DNA of 64,000 nucleotides from contig NW_026250412.1 in NCBI RefSeq assembly GCF_024521635.1, positions 186,001 to 250,000 on the forward strand, written 5' to 3'. The position numbers were made by a program, and so were the translations under genes. This stretch comes from Tricharina praecox. Lineage: Eukaryota. Positions 12,157-23,948 of this stretch are shown one piece after another. Numbering within the stretch: the first letter of the stretch is position 1; every line of letters starts with the position of its first letter. The notes below the pieces were generated by a model. It was given only the letters and a program-made list of their open reading frames with translations, searched no databases and was not told the DNA's origin.

Positions 12157-14045
12157 TCAAAACGCCCTCTCTCCACCCTTAACCCACGCCCTGAGCACAT
12201 TCTTCTGAATCTTCCCCGTACTAGTTTTCGGCAGCTCCTTTACGACCTCGACCTCGCGCGGCACCATGAACCCCGCAATGCCAGGGCTCTTCTTCGCCCA
12301 GAGTACAATCTCCTCCCCTTTGGTCGTTGCCCCGGGGGCCAGGGTAACAAACGCCTTCGGGCGTTCCCCAAAATGGGAGTCGGGGACAGCGACGACACCC
12401 ACTTCCAGGACATCTGGATGTCGCACCAACAATCCCTCCAATGCAACAGAGGAAACATTCTCACCACCAGAGATGATGATGTCCTTAGCGCGGTCCATGA
12501 TCTGCACCGCGCCGTCGGCGTGCCACACCGCCAGATCTTCGGTGTGCAGCACGCCGTCCGCGAAGAGCTTCGTGGTCGCCGCCGCGTCCTTGTGGTAGCC
12601 GCGTGCGCAGATGTTACCTGAGAACACGATCTCGCCGACTTCGAGCCCGTTGCGCGCGACGTCGACGGGCGGCGAGATACCAGGCTTGATCACACGGCAC
12701 AGTCGGGACGTCGCGAAGCCGTGCCCTTGCCGCGCCATGAGCGTGTACTTCTCGCCGGCGGGGAGGGCGTGCCATGACGGGAGGAAGTACCCGCGCGTGA
12801 TCGGCCCGTACGTCTCTGTGAGACCGTATACGTGCACCGGGATCAGGTTCAGCGCGATCATGTCCGCGAACAGCTTTGCTGTGGGCGGGGAGGCGGCGAC
12901 GGTGACGCGGACGGGGGCCGCGAGCTTCACTGCGGAAGAGTGTGCGCACAACAGGGTGTTCACTGTTGGAGCGGCGTTGAAGTGTGTTACGCCCTCGTCC
13001 TTCAGCAGGCGCCACATCTCGCCGTAGTCGATCTTGCGCAGGCAGTAGTGTGTGGCTCGCGCGGATACCACCGCCCAGGGGAAGGTCCACCCCACCGCGT
13101 GGAATAGTGGCAGGATCGTGAGGTACTTCGCCCGCGAGGTCGCCATTACGTCGCGCGGTGACAGCGAGGACTCGATCACGTTCGCCAGCGCCGCTAGGTA
13201 GATCCCCCGGTGCGTGTATTCGACTCCCTTCACCTCGTCAATCTCCGCACACAAATATCCAGAGCGGGGACTCATCACTCACCTTCGGTTTCGCCGTGGT
13301 CCCACTGGTATACGCCAGCGCCATAATATCGTCCTCGTGTTGCGCTTCCATCTGCAGCCCCTCCCAGCCCTTCGCGCCCCCCTCGACATCCAGCCTCAGC
13401 CCCTCCGCAATAACATCGTCAAACTCCCCACCACTCAGCTCTCCCTCCGTGGCGTCCACATCATCATCGATAATCCTGCGCACACCCTCATCGAACCCAT
13501 CAAGCAGGTGTACAAACTCGCGGTCGACAATGATCGCCTCAACCTCCGCATGCGCGAAGATGTACCGTATATCCTCGGGCTTGAGCCTATAATTCACCGC
13601 AACCTGTAACGCGCCCCCAGCCGCAATCCCGAAAATACTCTCCAGGTGCGCCGGCGTGTTCGGGCAGAGAATCCCCACTGCCATCACATATCACATCAGC
13701 CCCCATCTTTATCATAAGTACGGGGAACTCACCCCGCTTATACCCCCGCCCCCGCACAAAATACCCCAGCCCCCGTGCGCGGTCCGCAAACTCGCGGTAC
13801 GTCCGCCGCAGAACCTTGCCCGTGGCAGTCGTGTGCACGATTGCCTCCGCGTCTGGCTCGATGCTTGCGGCTCGTGGCAGCAGGTATGTCGGTGAGAGCT
13901 CGTGGCGGTTGGTGCGCTTCTGAGGGGGGGGCTGTTCTGTTTTCGACGAGGAGGAGGTGGTGCTGGTGGAGCTGGTGGACGAGGACGACGAAGGGGCCCA
14001 AAGATGGCTGGCGAGCGCGGCGAGGCGCGAGGCGGGGGAGGACAT
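12157..14045 (-). CDS. Acyl-CoA synthetase / AMP-binding enzyme with N-terminal PTS2, 3 exons
   Basis: AMP-binding motif YTSGTTAKPK|GV, YGLTETYGP, DRAKDIIISGGEN, LPKTSTGKIQK; N-terminus MSSPASRLAALASHL. Confidence 0.92.
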
Positions 14046-14123
14046 TGCTGTTGTTGGTACTGTGCTGTAGATACTGTAGACACTGTACTGTAGGTACTCG
14101 TTTGCTACAGGTAGACTATGCAC

Positions 14124-14191
14124 GTGTACAGTTCAATGTATGTGTACAGTTCAATGTGTGTGTACAGTTCAATGTATGTGTACAGTTCAAT
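14124..14191. repeat. 18-bp minisatellite x4 (GTGTACAGTTCAATGTRT) upstream of the acyl-CoA synthetase start
   Basis: Direct tandem copies visible; also seen as the repeated VQFNVC translation. Confidence 0.9.
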
Positions 14192-16004
14192 CGGTAGGTA
14201 TCGTGACGAATGGTGGTGGACGTGTACGTGGGTGGGTCGCACAGGCCCGTACTCTTTATCTACAGTCGACATCCGCCCTCCCCGGTCCCCGGGGAAAGGG
14301 AGATGTCCACTGATCTACTGATAAGTCTGATATGGCGGTTACATTCGGTTCTTCCTCGTATGTACTCTACATGCCCACACACGCCCACAGCACACATGGC
14401 CGGTCCGGTCGTCGCCCCGCCGGAGATCTCGCCTATCTCTCTGTCTGGCTGAGGGGGGTTGGGGCTGGGGGGATGCTGGGGAAGAAGGCAAGGGAAGCGG
14501 AGGGGCTGAATGTGGGGTATGGGGAAGCGCTGGATTGGATTAGCTGGCTTAGCTGGCTTAGGTAGCTGGGCAACCGGGTATGCATGTCTATGATAGTGAT
14601 GCTATTTGCGGTAGGTATCTGAGCTACTGCAGCTGGGCTGGGCAATGAGGTGGGGATTGCATGTGAAGAGGATGTGAAGAAGATGAGAAGATGTGAGAAT
14701 CAGATTGCATTGTAACTATACCCTCCTCCGCCTTCGAGGGACGCGGATCATGAAGTGGAGTGGAGTAGAGAGTAGAGTAGCGTAGAATCTCGGAATTGAG
14801 CTACCCACTTGCAATGCTGCTTCGCGAGCACTGACTGAGGGCTTTTTCGCAGTCACCGTCGTTGCCGACGACCACACAGCCCAAGCGCGGCGAGGGGACT
14901 GGGCAGTGGACAGTGGGGAAGTCTATGACTGCACCTGTCGCTGTACCGGTACATTACGGTGGTCAATGGTCTCAATTACGCCCGCAGAATGTGTTGATTT
15001 TGACCGAGTGCACAGTGCAGATAGGTAAGGCTGGAACATCGACTGTGCAGTGCGGTGCAGTGCGGTGCGGTGGTGGGGAGCTATGGCTGCAAAGACTCAG
15101 GACTCAACAGCCTTGGAAGTTGACTGTTGGCGTTGGGCGTGAGGTTAGCCGAGCTAGGCACAACTTAGAAGAGCTTCCAGCCGAGCAACTGCCACCGCAC
15201 GGACCACCCCCAGTGTTTTCGCCACACCATCGCACCGCCACGCTCACCACACCACCACCACCACCACCACCACACCAACCATTGCCAAACTCACCACCAC
15301 AACCACCACCCCCCCCCCTCCCATCACCACCACGGTAATCCATCGTCAAAATCAAAACGGAAGGATGTAATTGGTATAATAATAATAGTAATAAAAAAAA
15401 TAAAAAAATAAACTCTTGCGTACAAAACTGTGATGATATCCAATCCAGGGAAGTCCGAGTCAGTCATGCTAAGTACTTTCACACACAAGGTATCAATCAA
15501 GTCACCAACCAGCCAGCCCCCTCGTCCCCCTTTCAAAAGGTACCCACAAAGTTACTAACCCCCCCCCCCCCCCTTCCCCCAAATCCCCTCCCCCCGTTGT
15601 AGTAGTTAAACATGGAACACAAAAATATGGATGAATGAAGTAGGGCCGACAGACAGAGAAGAACAAGGACAAAGACACGACACACGATACAAAAAACTAT
15701 CCCAAAATCATTCCGTTCCTTTCCTTTCTTCTGGTTGAGTGGATCTCCCTCCACCCCACCCAAGTTTTACAAAGAAAAAAAAAGAAGCAAAAAACTGCAA
15801 AGAATGGACAGAATAAGGTCACACACTCAAAGACGCCAGACACAGAGCACACACACACACAGAGCAAGGGAAAAGAAAAAAACACACATGCAACATACAG
15901 ACGACGAAATGGAAAATTCACAATCAAGTGTCACCCGCGTCGCCGCTGCCACCGCCTACATCATTTGAGTGATATCAAACCCCCCCCCCCCCCCCCCCCC
16001 CCTC

Positions 16005-17575
16005 CTAATCCCTCCGCTTGGGCTTGGACAGACTCCTCACTCTCTTCATCAGTCCGTTCGAGTTGCCTTCGTCGGTGCCGACACGGTTGAGATGGGGCTT
16101 CTTTGGCGAGTTGGGAACCCGTTCACGTCCACCCTTGTCGACGACCGAGATGGTCTCCCCCTTCTTGTCGTAGGCATCGTCGTAGTCGTTGAAGAACGGG
16201 CTGTCTCCGCCGCTGCTCGGCGTCGTCGGGGAACGTCCCTCCGAAGGCGAGCGCTGTCTGTTACCGGGAGGTGGCGGTGCACGTCTCCGTCCACCGATAG
16301 GTGTCTCGCCCGGCTTCATGGAACGGAACTTCTGCACTAACGACTTCTTGCGCTGAATACCTCCGCCGTTGCCGAATGCACCCTCGCTCGACGAACGAGG
16401 ACGGTCATCGAAGCCCTCCGCCACCGTCTTTTGAATGGCAAGCTTCGAGGCGGGTGCACCGTCTAGGAAGGTCGATGTACCCAAGCCGAGGGACTCATCG
16501 CCGTGAAGCGTCTCGATGGCGGATTTGGGATCGAACGAGATCGCGCGGGTGGTAGAAGGGCGGCGAGCGTTAGATGTGTAATCGTTGAACGCCTCGCCGT
16601 TTCCATTTCCAAAAATGTGCGAGTGATCGGCCTTCGACGGGAGGGGTCCAAAGCCGCTCATCGAGTTGTTGGCCGAATCGGCTGGGAAGGCTTGCACGGG
16701 AGCCAACCGGCGGGAGCTCTTGTTGCGATGAGGATTGCACGCATCGAACGGGCCATCGTGATGGAATAATCCAGAGCCATAGATTCCAGTCACATCTAGT
16801 TTATCGATAACGTCCAACCCAGCGGGCTTCTTCCGCCGGTCCGAAGAGGCATCGCGTCGTGGCTTATCACCACCACGCGATTTGCTCTGTGTCGACGGGC
16901 CCTTCTCGGCTGGCCGTCTATCTCCCCGTCTCTGCCGGTCCCGAGCTTCAATCTCATGGACATCGATCACCGAGGAGTCAGAGTTCCGTCGAGGTCTTCT
17001 GCTAGGGTTACGAGATCGCTCGGCATCGTGAGGGGGAGGAGCCATTCGGCTGCCAGGAGGGGGAGGTGGACGCCTGCCACCTGGGGGCGGCGGTGGTCGC
17101 GAGGAGCCTTCCAACGTGATCAATATACCCTCATTCTGGGCGGCAGAGCTCGATTTATGGTGACCCGGTGGTGGAGGCCGGAATCTGGGAGCGTTCGGTG
17201 GTGCTGGTCGGTTCATGTCGGAAATAGTGAGGTTCTCCTGCGTCGAATAATTAGAATCGCAACGCAAACCAACGTATATACATCAGGTGAGGGACGTACA
17301 AATAGCTCTTTAGCACTCCCCGTAAGTAGCGATCCTTTGCCAGCAGAGACGTCAAAAGAGTTTGCGCGAGGTGTATGTCGTGACTGGTCGTTTCCAAGGT
17401 TGAAATCGCCAGCGTCGTCGTCAAAGACGTCTAGAAATGGATTGCGAGACTTTGGTCGTTCACGTCCCGGGGGTGCATAAGAGAAGGGATCGGCGGGTTG
17501 TAACTGCGGAGAAGTAGGTCCTCCAGGTGCGCCCGCAAGTCGTGCACGAAACGGATTGTTGGTACCCAAAGACAT
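16005..17575 (-). CDS. PAL1: Pal1-family cell morphology/endocytic protein, 2 exons
   Basis: DVIDKLDVTGIYGSGLFHHDGPFDACNPHRN and GLGTSTFLDGAPAS family motifs; N-terminal NPF motifs; intron ~17239-17299. Confidence 0.88.
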
Positions 17576-20500
17576 GGTGGGCGATACTCTCCGCTCTATA
17601 TACTCCAGACATCAGTTCCGATTGCGATCCTTGCGGTCTCTTTTTTTTTACTTTGCTCTGCGGAATCAAGAAGGAGAGGGGAGATAACGGGCATATCCAG
17701 CCAGAAGACAGACGTCGGGGTCTTCCCAGGAAACCAAGTTTCGGAGAGATAAACACCCTAAGGCAGGGGGTTGTGCGAGCGACACTTGGGGGGAGATGCG
17801 GTGTACGTACGTATGCTTGATGCTTGTGTATGTTGCTTGCTATGGGGTATTCAAGAGGATTGATAGGTTGCGCCGGGGTGGTCGGGGGTTGACCAGGTGG
17901 TGCGGCAGCTTGCGACTCGTAGCAGGAGGTACTATCGAGAAAAACGGAGATCCTGTAATCTGTCTAGATGCGTTCGAAAGACGAGTGGCGGTTGCAGCAG
18001 CGGTTGGCTGGCGAAGTGGGTGTACTTAGGTGGTGGAAGCCCCTGAAGAGGGAATTGGAGCAGAAGCTTGCTGGGAGGAGGGAACTAGATATCGCGATGG
18101 GGGGTATTGGTAGTTGGTGGTAGTTGATATTATTACTTGGTGGAGGAGGAGGTGGAGGGGGAGGAGGAAGTAGTAGGAGGGAGGGGGAGGGGGGGAGGAG
18201 GGGAGGAGGCTGTTGTGGTTGTGGTTGTCCTTGTTGGTAGTTGGTGGTTGGCGGTTGGTGGTTGGTGGGTGATGATGGTGGTAGATGGCGGCGACGGTGG
18301 AGGAGTGGTAGTTTATGTTGCCCGGTAGGAAAAGGGTTGGAGACAAGGCAAAGGGGGGGGAGGGCGGGTAGTTTTACTGGGTCCCAAACGTCGATAGAGT
18401 GAGATCAGAAGTAGTAGTAGAGTACAGAAAGAACCAGCCGCAAAGCCAACGGGTTGGCGGGGTTCACCACAACTTTTCTTCTTCCGTATGCTCGCTCGTT
18501 CGTCCCGGGCGCCGCAGGAATAGGTAGGCACACTTTGAGTTGCTCGAAATCCGACCGAGATACCGCCTGCCACTAGAGGGAGATGCGTGCGAGATGCGGC
18601 CAAATTGGGGGGGAATCGGAGCGCCCAGATTGCTGTTGCTCCAAAGTACAACACCCGTCACTCTTCTCCGGATCCAGTTCTCGCGGCCGTTCTGTCTGTC
18701 TTTCCCCTGATATGACCTGTCTGGTTCCCTGGTCTTGGGTCTCCCTCGCACGCACGTTTCGCACACACACGCAGACACACACTCTCTCTTTCTGTGGTTC
18801 TCACCCTCTATTCCGACGACTCTCGGACGCTGGGCTTTGAAATGCTCTGTCTGTTCGCACGCAGGGAGATTGTGGTCAATCCCAGCAACGTACCAGGTAC
18901 GGCGATCCGTTTCAAGGAAAGAAATGGATGGGATGGTGGCAGGACCGGGAGTGGTCTGGTTCGGTCGGATGGTCGGGTTCACGTTTCCCGGGGGGTTAAG
19001 GGAAGAGGGGGAGGAGGAGAAGAGGGAGGGCAGGAGGGAGGAGGAGGTGGGGGAGGATTGGGTGGTTAAATGGGAGGGCAATCTCCACAAGAGAGCGGCG
19101 AGATGACGGGCAGAGGCGGAGACGCGGCGACGGCGGAGAAGGTGGTGGAGGAGGAGGAGTGAAGGAGGCAGATGAGATCAAGAGGAGCAAGATGAGATCA
19201 AGAGGAAGAAGATGAGATCAGGCGGAGGAAGGGGAGGGGATACGTTGGGGTACTCTACATTGGGACCTCCGGACGGCCTGGTCCGAGGCCGGGGGTCTCA
19301 CGATACTCCCACTTTCTCTTCTTGGGTTCAGGGTCTTCGCTTCACGTCGACCGGTCATCTGTAGCTTCTTAGCTAGACCAGAGTCCCCGGAGTTGGGCAG
19401 TCATGCTAACGTGATGGAGTAGAGCAACATACCGCCACTTTTGCTTTTTCGGTCGGCGGCGTGGAGGCGTGACCCTGGGCGGAGGGCCAAGGCCTTAGGA
19501 GGGCAGGCATCGTTGCTCCACAGCGAGTTGCAAGACGAGGGAGAGGGACGAGGGGTTTGCCTGTGCAGTGTGCAGCGCTTCCGCCGCCGCCGCCAGTATG
19601 CTGTGGAGTATCTGGAGTATGTAGACACTCTATTCTACAGCCAGATTCCCCATATATCATGTAGTCACCCAAGTAAGTGCGTATGTAGAGCATCACGAGT
19701 ATCACACCTCCTCCACAAACTGCTAGTTGGCACCATCACACCCTACACTGGCTACTGCCCCCCACCTTCTCTCCGTCCGCCGCACTGTGGAGGGAATCGG
19801 TGCAAGATCACCCTCAGCTCGAACTCTATGCATCATGTACGGTATGTATCTAGGCACGCAACTGTTGAAGCGGAAAGCCATCACCAGCCGCAAGAAGCAG
19901 AAGAATAAAATAAGAAGAAGCAAACACACGCAGAGATGCGTTATCTGCCTCCATCTGCCACCGCTACTTCGCCGATGACCACGGGAGTGCAAGCATGTAT
20001 TCCTACATGACTGGGTACCCAACCAACCCCCAACATTGACGACAAATCCACAGCAATGTGTATATGTCGTCGGTGTGTTGGCCTCAACGCCGTGCCGGTA
20101 AGGCCCAACGGTGTGGAATAGTACACGGTGGCTGGCTGTAGTTATACGCGTATCACGTTTCCGAGCAATGGGTGAGAACGCTCACGTTCATGGCATTCCT
20201 TATCTTCCTCCTCCTCCTCCTCCTCCTCCTCCTCCTCCTCCTCTTCTTCTTCCTCTTCTTCTTCTTCCTCTTCTCCTTTTTCTTCTTCTTCTCCCAATAC
20301 CTTCGTAAAAGGAAACTCTTCATTGCCGGATACGCATCAAGTGCAGTATCTATCGATAGAAACGACTACGGAAGAGGAACGGACCGGAACCAATTCTCAA
20401 AACCGTCGACAAGGCTGCGAGCACCACCGTTCCCCATCACGTCACTCCAGGCACACAGGCACAAGCACAAGCACAGGCCGTCATCCTTGATGATTTCTCA

Positions 20501-21498
20501 TTCCGAGTGCGAGAGGGCGGGACGAAAGCGGGAGACAAAAATGTCAGCACTAGATAGATCCGATACTCGAGCTGTGTGAGACGTGGGACGGTGAAGTTGA
20601 GACGGAGGAATGTTTCGGTCGCCTATGACGTCGGACTTGGACGGGGAGAGAAAGACGAGCGCCATTCAATGTTCAGCCCCGACGTCGTCAAAACGTGTGG
20701 GTGTTGTTTGTCCGCCAAAGGAAGGATTCCACATCGCCGCTCCTCTTCCCGCGGTCGCGCGATCGCGAAATAGTCTCAATCGTTAGATTTAGCTCGCGAT
20801 GATGTTGATGAGTTGATGAGTTTGATGGGTCGATGAGATGATGATGATGGCGATGATGACGATGATGATGCTGGATAATGACGATGATGGCCTTTTACCG
20901 AGAAAGATCTATCCGAGCGAAGACCCAAAGGTCGCTCCGGACTCGCTCGCACAACCCTCTGCCTGCGGCGGTGTCGCGGTGAGGTGTGGCCCGCGAGCCT
21001 GCCCAACCGTCGCCAGCCACACGGACACGAAACGAGCGAATGCGGCTGAACACGCAACCCCCACCCCGCCGCTGTTTGCATTCTAATTATATTGGTTCCA
21101 AGTTCAGACCGCACCTTCTCCCTATGCAGCCCTAGCCCTAATCACCAGCAGTCTTGCCCCGCCCACAGCTGCTGCAACGTCCAAGTGATCTCATGCCAAG
21201 CTTCCACCAGTTCCAGCCAATCAGTGCTCGGAATTCCGCCTGCACGTTGTGAAAGAGAAAAATAGTGCGGTGTTTCCCCTCCTCCCTCGGACTCGGATCT
21301 TCGTTAATTCCACAAACTTTTGGCTGGCTGAAGTTGCTTGCTGTTGTCCACTGCCAGCGATAACTCAGATCCCCACACCAATCCAAACTACAACCACACC
21401 CCCCTCCCCTCCGACCTCATCCGTCCTCCACCTCCCATCTACCATCCCCCCCACCCACATATCGAAAAAGTTCAGTGACTAGGAGAGAGCAGGCAAAC

Positions 21499-22941
21499 AT
21501 GTCTGTCTCTGTGGCGTCCAAGGTTCGTCCGAATAATTTGTCGCCCAGCACCTAGCGGGCAAGTTTGCTCGCTGTTGATGCTACGGCTGCTCCGTCTCGT
21601 GCTGGGACGATACGACTTTCATTCTTCCAACGGCTACTGACTCGTTTGCTCTCGCTGCAGAATCCCTACGATGCTCTCGGTACGTCCGTCCACAGTCCCC
21701 CCATCCGTCATGCCCCACTCGACACTTCTACGTCGCTCGCAGACGGATGAGCATTGCATGAACCGACCTCGTTTGTACACTGCAATTGCAATGCGCTAAT
21801 ACGCCTTCTCTCCGGTCATCAGGCAACGACCTCCCTGAGGACGAGCTGCCCAGCAAGGCCCCCAGGCAGGTAGTCAAGAATGTGACGACCTCCAAGAAGC
21901 GGGACGAGAAGCCTGCTCCTGAGGCCGCTGCCGCCCCCGCTGGTGGTAACGCCCGTGGTGGTCGTCGTGGTGGTCGTGGAGGCTTCACCGGCAACGATGC
22001 GGGTGAGTCGATTCGGATATGGCACCGCCTTGGATGATTACGGCTTCTGACTGTTTGTTTGCAGCTTTCCGTGACAGCGATGCTGGTCGCGATAGAAACC
22101 GTACCAAGACCGCTGACGGCGCCGCTGACGCTTTCAACTCCCGCGGTGGTGCCCCACGTCGTGGTGGTGCCCGCCGTGGCCGTGAATTCGACCGTCACAG
22201 TGGAACTGGAAGGGAGTACGGCTCCCCCTACCCCTCATCTCACCTCGAGTGATGACGTCACATGACGATTAGGTTTCTGTGAAGCTAACCGTTCGCAGCG
22301 AGCACGAGAAGCAGGCTGAGCACGGCTGGGGCGCCAACAAGGGTGAGAGCGAATGGAACGACGAGCTCGCCGGACAGGAGCTCGCCCAGAAGGACGCCGC
22401 CGGTGCCGACCCCGCCGACCCTAACGCCGTCACCGCCGATGCCGATGCCGAGGCTGCCGCCGCCGCCGAGGAGGAGGAGAAGACAAAGACCTACGACGAG
22501 TACCTTGCCGAGCTCGCCGCGCGCCAGGCCAACCTCGGCCCCCCCGCCGCCGTTCGCCGCCCGAACGAGGGAACCCGCGAGGACAAGAAGTGGGCCACCG
22601 CCAAGCCCCTCGAGAAGGAGGCTGGAGAGGACTACTTCGCCGGAGACGCCAAGGACAAGACCCGCACGAGGGAACGCAAGACCAAGAACCTCCTCGACAT
22701 CGAGCCCCGATTCGTCGAACCTAATCAGCAGCGCCGTGGCGGAGGAGGAGAGCGTGGACGTGGCGGACGTGGACGGGGTGACCGAGGCCGTGGCGACGGT
22801 GCCCCACGAGGCAACCGTGGCGACCGTGGTGGCGACCGCAACGACCGCGGCCCTCCCCGCAATGCCTACCAGGGTGGCAGGCCCGCCGGCGGCAACGTCA
22901 ACGTCCAGGACGAGTCCGCATTCCCTGCCCTCGGTGCCTAG
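21499..22941 (+). CDS. STM1: Stm1/SERBP1-like ribosome- and G4-binding protein, 5 exons
   Basis: MSVSVASK|NPYDAL|GND.., REFDRHSGTG, EHGWG, KTYDEYL, RGG-rich tail ending DESAFPALGA. Confidence 0.9.
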
Positions 22942-23948
22942 AGGGGAACCGGCCCAACCGCCCCCCTACCCACTTCTCGATACAAGAAAACAGACTTCAG
23001 CAGAGAGTGTTTTTTGCTAAACAGGACCATCATTACATTCTTTTTGCTGTTGTCACTTTCTTGTTCTTGAATAATTTTCTGTCGTACTTTTTTTTTTACT
23101 GGCAGGTGAAAAAAAGTCCAAAAAATGGATGGAAATAAAAAAAATTCATTGTGTTCTCAATTTCTTCTCTTCCTGGTTCTTAACTGTCTCATCATTTTTT
23201 CCATCCGTGTAGTATAGTAGTCATCAACAAGTCAAACTTCAAACAAACAACCATATGGTGGGGACATTCGAGATGATGAAATGAGATTGAAAAAATAAGG
23301 CTGCAGATGTGCTGGAGATGATGAGATGGTATGATGGTGGTCCGCTCTCTTTCTTTGGAGTCTGGGTTTTTTTTTCGGTTTCGTTTTTCTCTCTTCTCTT
23401 TCGTTTTCTTTGCAGGCCAATCCAATATGACTTTGGGTATAAATCTCCGGTAGATACTCCACTCCGGCCTGATGAGAGAGGGAGAGAGAAAGGGGAAAGA
23501 GAGGACATCACTGTATTCACCAGGCAGACTATTTTGAGCACAACCCCGCCCCGACCTCTTGAGTCTTTCCTGCCAGCCAGCCAGCTCCACGCAAGAGTCA
23601 ACGGTCAATCCTTTGGATGAGTCGGAAGTATGCATACTCAAGAACAATGGATGAAACTCTACTCGACAAAGCTGGTATAAAGATGTAGTTTAAATACGAA
23701 ATATGTTTCCGAAGCAAAAGGTAAAGGAAAGGAAAGGAAAAAGGGGATCTCAAACAGCAAGCAAACCAAGAAACCAAAAACCACAAAATAAGTCCGGGCT
23801 CCACGCCCACGCCAAAAAAAAGAACCAAAGAACCAAACCAAAAACCAAAAGGGTAAATCTAATGCTACAGGGGGGGCTCAATATATGCTAGCTATATGAT
23901 GGTACAAATGTCAAGGAAAGTTGAGAAGAAGGAAAGGCAGGCGGGGCT

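Noticed and set aside
14124..14191. Tandem repeats (also the 27-bp doublet at ~37293-37346) as CRISPR-like arrays
   Set aside because: No spacers, eukaryotic context; simple minisatellites
20172..20579. ORF with long hydrophobic N-terminus
   Set aside because: The hydrophobic run is a translation of (CCT)n/(CTT)n microsatellites
22217..22299. Box C-like GTGATGA in STM1 intron 4 (intronic C/D snoRNA)
   Set aside because: No downstream CTGA box D or terminal stem within the intron
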